Source of the DNA: Halodesulfurarchaeum sp.
Lineage (GTDB): Archaea > Halobacteriota > Halobacteria > Halobacteriales > Halobacteriaceae
NCBI GenBank assembly: GCA_042216015.1
Contig: JBDGUI010000035.1
Span: 1-32,323 of the forward strand
Direction of reading: 5' to 3'
Length of the DNA stretch: 32,323 nt
Part shown: positions 1 through 7,959 of the stretch, one piece after another
Layout of the letters: the number at the start of each line of letters is the position of its first letter
How positions within the stretch are numbered: the first letter of the stretch is position 1
Made by a program: the position numbers and the translations under genes
Notes under the pieces: model-generated
What the model was told of the DNA's origin: nothing
The model's database searches: none
The model's input: only the letters and a program-made list of their open reading frames with translations

Positions 1-169
1 GCGCCTTCTATTCATCAGCGCTCGATTATCATAATCCTGATTTTAATGAAAATGTAGTACAAATTCATTCCTCGCAATCACTCTGGTTTCGGCAATAACC
101 ACCATCCTAAACGTCTCAAAACAGCCACATTATTCGTCACTGCAGAGAAAAACCACATCGAAAGCATAC

Positions 170-447
170 CCGCGCCGAGGGGTTCGGTAGAACCCGAGGC
201 GCGGATTTCTCCGCGAGCACGAAGTGATCGCGGCCGCGCCCGCGGACTACCGCGCGGCCGAAGGCCGCGTCAGGAGCAGGCGCGTTTTAGTGTGCTCAAA
301 AAGCGGAGCTTTTTGGCAGTGCCAGACCGCTCTGCGGTCTGGCTTGCAGTCAGAAGCAGCGCTTCTGACGACATCCAGCAGGAGCGATGCTCCTGGGCGA
401 CAGGTTTTGCCGAGGGGCGCCAAACACCCCGCAGCGCAAAACGTGCG
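170..447. repeat. Stacked palindromic (REP/PATE-like) intergenic element, copy 1
   Basis: Consecutive hairpins: 170-204 (imperfect), 254-268 GCGGCC-GAA-GGCCGC, 297-315 CAAAAAGC-GGA-GCTTTTTG, 321-343, 349-369, 379-395 CAGGAGC-GAT-GCTCCTG. Homologous to 3916-4076. Confidence 0.8.
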
Positions 448-451
448 TCTC

Positions 452-604
452 GGCTCGCGGGCTGAGGCCCGCTCGCTTGTTCGGAGACTCCCTCCGGTCG
501 TCTCCCGGCTCGCGGGCAAACCGCGTCCGCTCGCTCGTTCGGAGAGACTCGCTTCGCTCGCCTCTCCAGACTCACGGGCAAACCGCGCCCGTTCGTCCGT
601 TCAG
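452..604. repeat. Degenerate ~55-62 bp tandem repeat (about 2.5 units) with internal palindromes
   Basis: Units begin GGCTCGCGGGC / GGCTCGCGGGCAAACCGCG / GACTCACGGGCAAACCGCG; the first two are followed by GTTCGGAGA...TCTCC. Confidence 0.65.
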
Positions 605-622
605 AGAGGTCTTCGACTTCTC

Positions 623-2305
623 TTACATCGCGCCGCCCATACCGCCCATGCCGCCCATACCGCCCATGCCACCGCCCATACCGCCGGCGCCGGCACCTTC
701 GTCCTCTTCGCCCTCGGTGGACAGGTCGCCCGCCGAGATGATGTCGTCGATCTTCAGGACGAGGTTGGCGGCCTCGGTGGCGGAGCTGAGGGCCTGCTCC
801 TTCGCGTGGGCGGGCTCGACGATTCCGGCCTCGAAGGTGTCCTCGATGTCGCCGCTGAAGACGTTCAGGCCGGCCCGCTCGTCGCCGCTCTCGTGGGCGG
901 CGCGCATCTCGACTAGCGTGTCGATGGAGTCGAGCCCCGCGTTGCTCGCGAGCACCCGCGGCACGAGTTCGAGCGCGTCGGCGAAGGCCTCGACGGCCAG
1001 GGCCTCCCGACCCTCGACGCCATCGGCGTAGTTCCTGACGCGATCTGCCAACTCGACCTCGATGGCGCCGCCGCCCGGGAGGACGCGGCCGTCGGTGAGT
1101 GCCTGTGAGGCGACGTCCAGGGCGTCCGTGACGCTGCGCTCGACCTCGTCGACGACGTGGTCGGTCGCGCCGCGGAGCAGGAGCGTGACGCCGTGGGCAC
1201 CGTCACCGCTGCCCTCGACGTAGAACATGTCGTCGTCCTCGTCGCGCGTCACCGAACCGCTCCCCAGGTCGGCCTCGGTGGCCGACTCGAGGTCCGTGAC
1301 GATCGAGGCGCCGAGGACGTCCTTGAGGAATTCAATGTCGCTCTTGCGCGTGCGCCGGACGGCCAGAATCCCCTTCTTGGCGAGGAAGTGCTGGGCCATG
1401 TCGTCGATGCCCTTCTGGCAGAAGACCACGTCCGCACCGATTTCGTCGATGTGGTCGACCTTCTCGCGGAGCTGTTTTTCCTCCTGCTCGAGGAACTGCT
1501 GGAGCTGGTCGGGGCTGTCGACGGAGACGGTCGTGTCCGTCTCGGTCTCCTCGACCTCGATGGCCTCGTTGAGCAGGAGCACGTCTGCGTCCTCGACCGA
1601 ATCGGGCATATTGTCGTGGACGGGGTCCTTGTCCACGACGGCTCCGGAGAGCAGCTCGCTCTCGCTGACCTGCCGGCCGGTCTGGGTCTCGATCTCGACG
1701 TCGTCCAGGTCGATGACGGTGGAACCATCCTCGGCTTCGATGGCCACGGTCTGGAGGGCCTGGTAGATCAGGTCCGAGAGCAGGTCCTTGTCGAGTTCGG
1801 CGCCCTTGCCGGTCATGGAGGTCTCCGCGACGCTCCGAACGAGGTCCTCGTCGTCGGGGTCGACGGAGATGGAGATATCATCGACCTCCTCGCGCGCCTT
1901 CGCGGCGGCCTGGTTGTAGCCCTGGATGACCGCGGTCGCGTGAATGTCCTGATCGAGGAGTTCCTCGGCCTCCTTGAGGAGCTCGCCGGCCACCGCGACG
2001 GCGGTGGTGGTGCCGTCTCCCGCCTCGTCCTCCTGGGTCTCGGCGACCTCGACGATCATCTCGGCCGTCGGGTTGTCGATGTCCATCTCCTGGAGGATGG
2101 TGACGCCGTCGTTCGTGATGGTGACGTCGCCCATCGAGGAGACGAGCATTTTGTCCATCCCCTTCGGCCCGAGTGTGGTACGTACGGAATCCGCCACTGC
2201 GCGCGCGGCGGAGATGTTGTGTTCCTGTGCATCCTTGTCCTTCATCCGCTGGGCGTCCTCCCCCATGATGATCATGGGCTGGCCCTGCATTCGTCGCTCT
2301 GCCAT
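623..2305 (-). CDS. thsB: Thermosome (group II chaperonin) subunit, probably beta
   Basis: [28 protein letters not shown]-binding motif, GGGAIE, C-terminal GGM repeats. The N-terminus ([19 protein letters not shown]) resembles the haloarchaeal beta subunit. Confidence 0.93.
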   Translation of the reverse strand: MAERRMQGQPMIIMGEDAQRMKDKDAQEHNISAARAVADSVRTTLGPKGMDKMLVSSMGDVTITNDGVTILQEMDIDNPTAEMIVEVAETQEDEAGDGTTTAVAVAGELLKEAEELLDQDIHATAVIQGYNQAAAKAREEVDDISISVDPDDEDLVRSVAETSMTGKGAELDKDLLSDLIYQALQTVAIEAEDGSTVIDLDDVEIETQTGRQVSESELLSGAVVDKDPVHDNMPDSVEDADVLLLNEAIEVEETETDTTVSVDSPDQLQQFLEQEEKQLREKVDHIDEIGADVVFCQKGIDDMAQHFLAKKGILAVRRTRKSDIEFLKDVLGASIVTDLESATEADLGSGSVTRDEDDDMFYVEGSGDGAHGVTLLLRGATDHVVDEVERSVTDALDVASQALTDGRVLPGGGAIEVELADRVRNYADGVEGREALAVEAFADALELVPRVLASNAGLDSIDTLVEMRAAHESGDERAGLNVFSGDIEDTFEAGIVEPAHAKEQALSSATEAANLVLKIDDIISAGDLSTEGEEDEGAGAGGMGGGMGGMGGMGGMGGAM

Positions 2306-2315
2306 AGTCAGACGG

Positions 2316-2346
2316 CGATTGTTTGTCCTTCTATATAAGGGTTTGG
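2316..2346 (-). promoter_or_regulatory. Thermosome promoter (TATA box with downstream CAAACAATC element)
   Basis: Minus strand reads CCAAACCC-TTATATA-GAAGGA-CAAACAATC, with TATA about 27-33 nt upstream of the ATG. A CAA element 3' of TATA is a described feature of haloarchaeal cct heat-shock promoters. Confidence 0.65.
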
Positions 2347-2489
2347 AGTTGGGGTTGACAACGGGTGGGGATTTCAGGAGTCCCTGGCAGACTGTGAGAA
2401 TGGTTTCACCCGCTTCTCTTCAACTCGGGAATGGGTGAGACGCCCCGTCAATCACTGCCATATCTTTATCACGTTTGTAAACGAACCAC

Positions 2490-3356
2490 ATGGTTATGCC
2501 GCTCTACCGAGATTTCGACACCCAGGAAGCACTAGACGAGCAGTACAACGTGGAGGCCGCCGTGGACGATTTCGAGGAATACGCCCAGTTTTACGTCGAG
2601 AAGAGCGAGGAAGTGCGAGAAGACCTGGACAGCCATCTCGACATCTCCTTTGGGCCGACGACAGCCGAACACCTAGACATTTTCCCGGCGAAGGATCCAG
2701 AGGCACCCGTCCTCCTGTTTATCCACGGTGGTTACTGGCACAGCCTCTCCAGCAAGGAATTTTCGCTGGTGGCCAAGGGACCGGTCTCGGAGGGCGTCAC
2801 GACGGTCGTAATGAACTACGCCCTCTGTCCGAAAGTGACGATCGACGAGATCGTTCGACAGGCTCGCGCGGCGGTGGTCTGGATCACTGACAACATCGAG
2901 GAGTACAACGGGGATCCCGACCAGCTCTACGTCTCCGGTCATTCGGCCGGTGGCCATCTCGTTGGCATGCTTCTGGCGACGGATTGGGAAGGCGATTACG
3001 GCCGGTCGAGCGAGATTATCAAGGGGGCCACCGGTATCAGCGGGCTCTACGACCTCCAGCCGTTCCCCTACACCTGGCTGCAGCCCAAGCTCCAGCTCAC
3101 CTGGGGGCAGGTCCGTCGCAACAGCCCGATCCGCCACCTCCCCGAGGAAGCGCTCCCGCTGCTCATCACCTACGGCGGTGCGGAGCCGGACGAAATGGGA
3201 CGCCAGTCGGAGGCCTTCCTTGAAGCCTGGCGTGACGCCGGTCACGAGGGCAAGCACGTCCCCCAGCCCGAGGACGATCACTTTTCGGCGATCGACGGCT
3301 TCCTCGACCCGGAGAGCGATCTCATGACTGCGATTCTGGACCAAATGGGCGTGTAG
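2490..3356 (+). CDS. Alpha/beta hydrolase, arylformamidase (kynurenine formamidase)-like HSL-family esterase
   Basis: HGGYW oxyanion motif, GHSAG nucleophile elbow, SGLYDL, catalytic His in DDHF. Acidic composition. Start could be 2496. Confidence 0.85.
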   Translation: MVMPLYRDFDTQEALDEQYNVEAAVDDFEEYAQFYVEKSEEVREDLDSHLDISFGPTTAEHLDIFPAKDPEAPVLLFIHGGYWHSLSSKEFSLVAKGPVSEGVTTVVMNYALCPKVTIDEIVRQARAAVVWITDNIEEYNGDPDQLYVSGHSAGGHLVGMLLATDWEGDYGRSSEIIKGATGISGLYDLQPFPYTWLQPKLQLTWGQVRRNSPIRHLPEEALPLLITYGGAEPDEMGRQSEAFLEAWRDAGHEGKHVPQPEDDHFSAIDGFLDPESDLMTAILDQMGV

Positions 3357-3915
3357 TAGCGGGGACTCTCGGGCGATCCTGAAGTCTCCGCTGTGCTCGG
3401 AGGGATAGATCGCCGGATTCGCGTTCCAATCAGAGAGTTCAGGCGTTCGACCGGCTCTGAAGGCCCTTTTCTAGGACGAAAGTGGGGAAGGGTGGGAACC
3501 CGACAACCCCCACCTCAGTCACGATAGGTCGGCGAAACCATGGCAGCGTCGATGGATGGGATCAACGTGGCAGGTTCGGTGGGTTGGATAAGCGGTCGCG
3601 CCGACCAGTCCCTTCGCTGGTTTGCATTGGGTGAGGCCGAGCCCTGCGTTCGCCACCAGATCGTCGTCGCCCTCTCCCAGCTGGTAATTCTTCCTGCGCG
3701 CACCAAATATTTTCTGCAATTTTCAACTATTTCACAAGAATACAGTACACCTGACAATATCATTCATCATTTTTATCAGGATTATTTGGATCCCGGACAA
3801 TCAAGTGGAAAGTTTACAATGACCTGACGGATTCGCGACGGAGGATCGAGCAGATACTGATTGAGGCGGGGAATCCGCGAGAACCAGGGGCGACGGCCCC
3901 AGTCAAGTATGCTCA

Positions 3916-4076
3916 CCGAGCGCGCAGCGCTCGGGCCGAGGAACCCCCGAAGGGGGTGACGACGGCTTTTGATCTGCTCACGAAGCGAAGCTTCGTGGCA
4001 TCCAGCAGGAGCTTCGCTCCTGCGCGACAGCTTTTGCCAGCGAACGAGCGAAGCGAGTGAGCGCAGTAAAAGGTGG
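3916..4076. repeat. Stacked palindromic (REP/PATE-like) intergenic element, copy 2
   Basis: Hairpins 3916-3934, 3943-3957, 3979-3997 CACGAAGC-GAA-GCTTCGTG, 4006-4022 CAGGAGC-TTC-GCTCCTG. Shares CATCCAGCAGGAGC-N3-GCTCCTG-N-GCGACAG-N-TTTTGCC with 372-411. Confidence 0.8.
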
Positions 4077-4082
4077 GTGATA

Positions 4083-4164
4083 CGCCGGGACTGGGATTTG
4101 AACCCAGAACCCCTGACGGGGACACGCTTTCCAGGCGTGCGCTTTGCCGTTCGGCCATCCCGGC
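4083..4164 (-). tRNA. tRNA-Ser (anticodon GGA)
   Basis: Reverse complement GCCGGGATGGCCGAACGGCAAAGCGCACGCCTGGAAAGCGTGTCCCCGTCAGGGGTTCTGGGTTCAAATCCCAGTCCCGGCG. Acceptor stem GCCGGGA/TCCCGGC, anticodon arm CACGC-CTGGAAA-GCGTG, long variable arm, TTCAAAT T-loop, discriminator G, no encoded CCA. Confidence 0.96.
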
Positions 4165-4175
4165 CCGTCCGGTCC

Positions 4176-4394
4176 TTACCGACTGCCCGAATTAAACCTG
4201 TCTTTTCGTGCCAGCCGCCCCTCGACCAGCCAGCCCAGCCCGGCGGTCGCGATGGAAACGCCTACCGCGACTGGAATCGACAGCGGAAGCCCGACTTCGA
4301 GCCCGGCAACGAGCTGGGTTCCCTGGACGAGGACGAGGAACGCCAGCCCACCCGCGAGCCCCCAGCGCAGACTCGCCCGTAGCCGATCGTCCAT
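4176..4394 (-). CDS. Small hypothetical membrane protein (2 TM)
   Basis: 72 aa with two hydrophobic stretches; starts 8 nt after the ridA stop on the same strand. Confidence 0.65.
   Translation of the reverse strand: MDDRLRASLRWGLAGGLAFLVLVQGTQLVAGLEVGLPLSIPVAVGVSIATAGLGWLVEGRLARKDRFNSGSR
4191..4206 (-). promoter_or_regulatory. BRE/TATA promoter of tRNA-Ser, inside the 3' end of the upstream CDS
   Basis: Minus strand AAAAGACAGG-TTTAAT, with TTTAAT 27-32 nt upstream of the mature tRNA 5' end. Confidence 0.6.
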
Positions 4395-4401
4395 CGAGGA
4401 C

Positions 4402-4779
4402 TTACTGGGCGGCGATGGCCTCGATCTCGATCTTGGCGCCCTTCGGGACCTCGCTGACCTCGAAGGCGCTCCGGGCCGGCGGGTTGTCCTGGAAGTACTC
4501 CTCGTAGGTCGCGTTCATCGCGTCGAACTCCTCGATGTCGTCCATGAGGACCGTCACCTTGAGTACGTCCTGCATCGTCAGCCCCTCCTCCTCGAGGATG
4601 GCCTTGACGTTCTCGAGCGCCTGGCGGGTCTGGACCTCGATCGGCTCGTCGTCGAGTAACTCCCCGTCGACCGTCAGCGGGAGCTGACCGGCGGTGAACA
4701 GGAGGTTCCCGTCGGTTGTGGCCTGGCTGTACGCGCCGACGGCGGCGGGCGCCTCGGGCGTGTTGATGATCCGTTTCAT
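4402..4779 (-). CDS. ridA: RidA-family enamine/imine deaminase
   Basis: APAAVGAYSQA, AGQLP, PPARSA with catalytic Arg, IEIEAIA. 125 aa. Confidence 0.93.
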   Translation of the reverse strand: MKRIINTPEAPAAVGAYSQATTDGNLLFTAGQLPLTVDGELLDDEPIEVQTRQALENVKAILEEEGLTMQDVLKVTVLMDDIEEFDAMNATYEEYFQDNPPARSAFEVSEVPKGAKIEIEAIAAQ

Positions 4780-4849
4780 GCCTTACCCCTCTCGGTGGGG
4801 GACTATAAAGCCAGGCAAAACGATCCGGAACGCCCCGCTCGACGTTCGA

Positions 4850-6061
4850 TCAGGTGCGGACCTCGACCTGGAACCCGGCCGCTCTCAGCTCCTCGAGGAT
4901 CGCCTCGACGTGGTCGTGTCCTCGGGTCTCGATGTCGAATTCGATCTCCGTGGCGTCGATGGCGAAGGACTGGCGGGCCCGGTCGTGATTGATCTCGTAG
5001 ATGTTGGCACCGGAGTCCGCGACGATGTTGAGGAAGTCCCGGAGCGCCCCGGGCCGGTCCTTCATGACCGACCGAATCTTCACGAAGCGCCCGCGATCGA
5101 CGAGCCCCCGGCTTAGCACCGTCGTGAGGAGGTTGAGGTCGATGTTCCCCCCGCTGAGCACCGGAACGATGGTCTCTCCCTCCGCGTAGTCGAACTTCTC
5201 CTCGAGAAGCGCCGCGAGCGGGACGGCCCCGGCGCCCTCGACGAGGGTTTTCGCCCGCTCGAGGAGCAGGGTCATCGCGGAGGCGATCTCGCTGTCGTCC
5301 ACGACCACGATCTCGTCGACCCGTTCTTCGATGAGAGGGAGGGTGTTCTCGCCCACCGCGCCGGTCGCGATGCCGTCCGCGATCGTATCGACCGAGTCCA
5401 GCTCGTTCGTCGCCTCCTTCGTGAGCGAGTTCGCCACGGTGGCGGCCCCCTCGGCCTGCACCCCGACGACCCGGGTGCCGGGAGCCGTTTCCTTGATCGC
5501 GGTCGCGATGCCGCCGATCAGCCCGCCGCCGCCGATCGGCACGACGACGGTGTCAACGTCGGGACAGTCCTCGAGGATCTCCAGCCCGATCGTTCCCTGT
5601 CCGGCCTGCACCTCCCGATCCTCATAGGCGTGGACGTAGGTCCGTCCGGTTTCCGCCGACAGTTCGTGGGCCCGCTCCTGGGCGTCGGCGTAGTCCTCGC
5701 CGTGGAGTTCGATTTCGGCGCCGTAACTCCGGGTTGCGTTGACCTTCGAGATTGGCGCGAACTCCGGCATGACGATCAGCGCGTCCACGTCGCTGTGCTT
5801 TGCCGCCAGCGCGACCCCCTGGGCGTGATTTCCCGCACTCGCCGTAATGACCCCTCCCTCGCGTTCCTCCTCCGAGAGCTCTCTGATCCGGTTTGTCGCC
5901 CCGCGAATCTTGAAGGAGCCGGTGCGCTGGGTGTTTTCGAACTTCAACTGCACGTCCGCCCCAGTCATCGCCGAGAACGTCCGCTGCGACTCGAGGGCGG
6001 TCTTCAGGGCCACGTCGGAGATGCGGTCCCGGGCCGCCTCGATTTCGGAGAGGCTGAGCAT
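4850..6061 (-). CDS. ilvA: Threonine ammonia-lyase with C-terminal ACT domain
   Basis: TGSFKIRGA PLP lysine, ASAGNHAQG, PIGGGGL, SGGNID, and C-terminal DRPGAL ACT domain. Confidence 0.94.
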   Translation of the reverse strand: MLSLSEIEAARDRISDVALKTALESQRTFSAMTGADVQLKFENTQRTGSFKIRGATNRIRELSEEEREGGVITASAGNHAQGVALAAKHSDVDALIVMPEFAPISKVNATRSYGAEIELHGEDYADAQERAHELSAETGRTYVHAYEDREVQAGQGTIGLEILEDCPDVDTVVVPIGGGGLIGGIATAIKETAPGTRVVGVQAEGAATVANSLTKEATNELDSVDTIADGIATGAVGENTLPLIEERVDEIVVVDDSEIASAMTLLLERAKTLVEGAGAVPLAALLEEKFDYAEGETIVPVLSGGNIDLNLLTTVLSRGLVDRGRFVKIRSVMKDRPGALRDFLNIVADSGANIYEINHDRARQSFAIDATEIEFDIETRGHDHVEAILEELRAAGFQVEVRT

Positions 6062-6109
6062 ACCACCGCTATGCTGCAGGGGATGTTAACGGTTTGTGAT
6101 GTGCCACGG

Positions 6110-6295
6110 ATTGGACGAATCGACACGACCGTCCCTGGCTGCGGGGGAACCATACGGGGGTGGGGTGAGGGATAGACCGGGGACGGTGGGAAGGGAATGC
6201 AGCCACATCGCTTTCGAGGAACCGTGGGGAATGGCCCCGTTCGTCGGCCATCCTCCGAAGAAGGGAACGGTGGGAACGTGTGACCCGCAACTGGA
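6110..6295 (-). ncRNA. Candidate structured small RNA (tentative)
   Basis: TTATAA box at about 6312-6317. The downstream minus-strand sequence is C/U-rich with hairpin GGATGGCC...GGCCATTCC and a twice-repeated TTCCCACCGT(T/C)CCC. No convincing ORF. Confidence 0.35.
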
Positions 6296-6404
6296 ATATA
6301 AGGGGGAAGGGTTATAATTCATTCCCATGCAGGGTGAAAGTGTAAACCTCGGTTAACGAGGCTCTCAGGGTCTGAAACGCGGTTGTCTGACGACTGTCGG
6401 TCGG

Positions 6405-6535
6405 CCGAAAGCCGGCGACACTTGCCCCAAAGTCCACGGCCCTCGCCCAAAACTGGCGACAGTCGCTCCCAATACGTGCGTCACTCGTTCCCAAAGTCCA
6501 CGGCCCTCGCCCAAAACTGGCGACACTCACCCCAA
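6405..6535. repeat. Degenerate ~21-bp-period tandem array containing an exact 36-bp duplication
   Basis: CCCAAAGTCCACGGCCCTCGCCCAAAACTGGCGACA at 6426-6461 and 6490-6525. CC(C/G)AA anchors at 6405, 6426, 6446, 6468, 6490, 6510, 6531. Confidence 0.85.
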
Positions 6536-6597
6536 CGGAGATCCCGACTCGATGTTCAGCTTCGCCCCTCCACCTCGGTCCTCATTTCGAACTCGCC

Positions 6598-7749
6598 TCA
6601 CCGCTCCTCGAGTGGAACGAACTCGCGGTTCTTCGGGCCGATGTAACGGCCACGGGGCCGGATGAGCTTGTTGTCCTGCTGGTACTCAAGCACGTGGCCG
6701 ATCCAGCCGGTCGAGCGGCTCATCGCGAAGACGGCCGTGAACATATCGAGTGGAATGCCCAGCTGGTAGTAGATGGCCCCGGAATAGAAGTCCACGTTCG
6801 GAGCGACCCCCCGCTCGGGAAGGCCGACCTCCTCGGTGAGGTGGGTCTCGATGTCCTCCAGGTACTCGAGCCAGTGGCAGTCCGCCGTCTCCTCGGAGAG
6901 CCGCGCGAGTTCCGACCTGAGGATCTCCGCCCGCGGGTCGAGCACGTCGTAGACCCGGTGGCCCCAGCCGGGAACGCGCTCGCCCGAATCGAGGAGCGAC
7001 TCGGTCCACTCGGTGGCCGACAGCGGCCCGTCGTCGATCTCCAGGAGGGCCTCCATGACCTCCTGGTTCGCGCCGCCGTGGAGCGGCCCGGAGAGAGCCG
7101 CGACAGCGGCCGTCACGCTGTTGTAGACGTCCGCGAGCGTCGAGCCGACGACCATGGCGGTGAACGTCGAGGCGTTGAGGCCGTGATCTGCGTGAAGCGT
7201 GAGTGCCTTATCGAAGATCTCGGCGTGGAGCGGATCGGGCTCGGTGCCGGTGAGCATGTAGAGGAAGTTCGCCGCCAGGGGGAGGTCCTTCCTGGGCTCG
7301 ACCGGTCGTTCGCCGTTGCGGAGTCGGTCGAAGGCGGCGAGGACGGTCGGAAACTTCGCGGAGATCTGTCGGCCCATGCGCCGGGCGGCATCCAGATCGG
7401 TCGGGTCCGCACCGGTGACCGGGTCCTCCGCGGAGAGCATCGACACCGAGGAACGCAGCGCGGAGATCGGCCGCTCGCCGGACTCGGCCAGGAGTTCCAG
7501 TTGATCGTAGATCCCCGGACCGACCGTTCGGGCCTCTCGCATCTCGGACTCGAAGGTGTCGAGTGCTTCCGCGGTCGGCAGATCCTCCTTCCAGAGGAGA
7601 TAGAGCACCTCCTCGTAGGTCGTCTCCGACGCCAACACGTCGATCGGGTAGCCCCGGTAGGAGAGTTCGCCCCGTTTCCCGTCGATGTCGCTGAGGGCTG
7701 ACTCCGCGACCAGGACTCCCTCGAGGCCCTTTTTGAGCTCGTCTGTCAT
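6598..7749 (-). CDS. citZ: Citrate synthase (citrate/2-methylcitrate synthase family)
   Basis: Start reassigned to MTDELKKGLEGV (383 aa). Motifs HADHGLNAST, GPLHGGAN, GWGHRVY, NVDF. Confidence 0.93.
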   Translation of the reverse strand: MTDELKKGLEGVLVAESALSDIDGKRGELSYRGYPIDVLASETTYEEVLYLLWKEDLPTAEALDTFESEMREARTVGPGIYDQLELLAESGERPISALRSSVSMLSAEDPVTGADPTDLDAARRMGRQISAKFPTVLAAFDRLRNGERPVEPRKDLPLAANFLYMLTGTEPDPLHAEIFDKALTLHADHGLNASTFTAMVVGSTLADVYNSVTAAVAALSGPLHGGANQEVMEALLEIDDGPLSATEWTESLLDSGERVPGWGHRVYDVLDPRAEILRSELARLSEETADCHWLEYLEDIETHLTEEVGLPERGVAPNVDFYSGAIYYQLGIPLDMFTAVFAMSRSTGWIGHVLEYQQDNKLIRPRGRYIGPKNREFVPLEER

Positions 7750-7959
7750 GGATGGCGTTACCTTCCGCGTTATGGGGCAGGTCGGGGTATATCTTTCGTG
7801 ATGACGCCGACACCCTTTCCACGATCGTTCGAAAGACCTGTTCTCAGGCGGGATTTTGGAACATTCGTCAATTCGGCGAACAAATATTGCCACTCCATCC
7901 CGGTTCGCCGGTCGGTCCCATCCCCCACCCTTTTTGAGGGGTGGCACCTACGTCGGGGC

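Noticed and set aside
623..700. 9-bp DNA tandem repeat (CCGCCCAT[A/G]) as an independent repeat element
   Set aside because: It simply encodes the normal chaperonin GGM tail.
224..1031. Plus-strand ORFs 224..916 and 387..1031
   Set aside because: They run through palindromic repeats and antisense to thsB; the PPM/HTA repeats are the reverse complement of the GGM tail.
2400..4100. Integrated element or provirus at tRNA-Ser
   Set aside because: No integrase, and I saw no duplicated tRNA 3' end within the window.
3913..4382. ORFs 3913..4158 and 3969..4382
   Set aside because: They overlap the tRNA and the palindromic element and lack protein-like composition.
6426..6525. 36-bp repeat / 28-bp spacer / 36-bp repeat as a mini-CRISPR
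   Set aside because: Only two repeats. The 'spacer' is itself a degenerate CCCAA unit, the repeat lacks haloarchaeal GTTTCAGAC...GAAGC-type ends, and no cas genes are present.
7925..7944. CCACCC-N8-GGGTGG inverted repeat as a terminator
   Set aside because: It lies between divergent genes at the TATA position of the TrkA-C gene, so there is nothing to terminate; too weak to call an operator.
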